This document shows, one piece after another, positions 62,429 through 64,000 of a stretch of DNA of 64,000 nucleotides (the first letter of the stretch is position 1; each line of letters starts with the position of its first letter). The translations under genes and the position numbers were made by a program. The notes under the pieces are model-generated. The model had not been told where the DNA came from, made no database searches, and worked only from the letters and a program-made list of their open reading frames with translations. The DNA comes from Octopus bimaculoides (lineage: Eukaryota): NCBI RefSeq assembly GCF_001194135.2, contig NC_068996.1:29832058-29896057 (forward strand), written 5' to 3'.

Positions 62429-64000
62429 CTGTTTTAAAAGAAAAATTACAAGTAAAAATAACAGGAATTTAATAAAGAATTCATATGTAACAAAAAAGCC
62501 CTACCCATAATTAACATATCTTACAGGATGGCAATAAAATCAAGTTATTTCAAAATGGTCATTTTGCAAATGTTTCAATAGGAGCTGAGGAACTACCATA
62601 AAAACCCATGTAATTTACACACTTTTCTTGCAAAAATAAAATAAACTTTAGGGGGTGCGTAAACTACATGAGTAGATCATTTCCAGAATTTTTTTTGGAT
62701 TTTTGTTTGTTTTTTTTTTTTTTTTTTAAAAAGACATACAAAATGTAAGAATTTGTACCGGAAGTTGACTCATTTAATGCCAGAATAGGTTTTTACAGAA
62801 CAAATAATAGCTTAAATACGCATAATGAAATTGACTTTTATTTATGCTGGACGGTATAATGCTTACTTTTTCTGAATAAATTAACTAAAACCATTAAATG
62901 GTTAACTAGTTTTTGAAGTTTGACATTCATACTGGTAAGCACAGTCCAGGCCATATTTTACTTTGTTTGGAGTTTCTACCTATCGCAATGGAGCACATAT
63001 TGAATGTCTCCTTCACAGTAACAATTCATAAGTTTTGCTCATACTGAGAATAACAATAATGACAAATTTTAAAGTTTGCTTGATATTTTATAAGTGTGAA
63101 AGAGATTAAAATTTTGATATTCCATATCAAAGGTTCCAATAAGAAAAGGCAGAAAAGAATTCTGTTTACATAATCAGTTTGATCAGTCACTTCCTCTGTT
63201 GGTTGAGTAAAGTGTCATCCAAGCTGATGTTTATTGATAATTAAACTTAATTTGCAATACTTGTGCATATTTATCAGCTTTATTTTTGTTGGTAATTCTT
63301 AACAACTATTCCTGTTATCATAATTTGAGAAGACATACAGCCGTATGCTAAAGATCGGACATAATCACTTGTGGGCAAGAAATGTAAAATAAAGTTTATG
63401 ACAAACAACACAAACACTTTGGAATTTAATAGCTTTCAATGTGATACCTGTTAAACAGAAAATATTTTTATTTAATAAAATCTAATCATAAGTAAAATTA
63501 TGCTAAATACAACTAAATTGAAAACCTTTTTCCCCTGGCTATATCAGCAATTCTGAAAACTTTTGGGTACAAATTTTACATGAGTAGAAGCTTTTTTTAA
63601 CAAATTTTATCCTGAAAATCACCTGCGTAAATTACACAGGTGTGCAAATCATGGGTTTTTATGGTATATCATCATCATCATCATCATCATCGTTTAACGT
63701 CCGCTTTCCATGCTAGATGTACCCGGTGCAAGCTATGGACACATAAGAGGTGCAGCAACATCAAAGGCAGGTTAACTAGCAAGTTAGTTTTTGTTTGTGG
63801 CAGATGTTCGGGTATTAGGTTGGACGATTTGACTGAGGACTGGTGAAACCGGATGGCAACACCAGGCTCCAGTCTGATTTGGCAGAGTTTCTACAGCTGG
63901 ATGCCCTTCCTAACGCCAACCACTCAGAGAGTGTAGTGGGTGCTTTTACGTGTCACCCGCACGAAAACGGCCACGCTCGAAATGGTGTCTTTTATGTGCC

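Noticed and set aside
1-64000. CRISPR arrays, operons, prokaryotic defence systems, rRNA or tRNA genes
   Set aside because: This is eukaryotic intron-exon DNA; there are no spacer-repeat arrays, and the tRNA-like boxes are SINE heads

Overview
AT-rich eukaryotic genomic DNA, most likely a coleoid cephalopod (Octopus-like, inferred from the SINE/RTE repeat families), with four N gaps. Nearly the whole window is one minus-strand, intron-rich gene, NUP98 (Nup98-Nup96 precursor). I reconstructed 22 exons (62428 down to 5339, 2955 nt, about 985 codons) that splice in one continuous frame through GT..AG junctions. They encode the FG/GLFG region, the GLEBS motif, the autoproteolytic domain with an intact H-F|S-K-Y-G-L site, and the start of Nup96. 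The start and stop codons lie outside the window. The introns hold remnants of many transposon groups: piggyBac, mariner (DD34D), maT (DD37D), Merlin, Helitron, a Helentron-like element, Gypsy, Penelope, RTE, a HERO-like element, tRNA-SINEs and MITEs. The best leads are candidate in-frame cassette exons in the FG domain, a possible Nup98-only isoform, a Helitron carrying (TTAGGG)n, minimal hammerhead-like motifs, and an inverted SINE pair around an in-frame exon pair. I found no prokaryotic-type system, CRISPR array or standalone RNA gene. Most ORFs in the supplied track are spurious. Repeat boundaries are approximate unless a TSD or TIR is quoted. All family assignments come from motifs recognised by eye, not from database searches.
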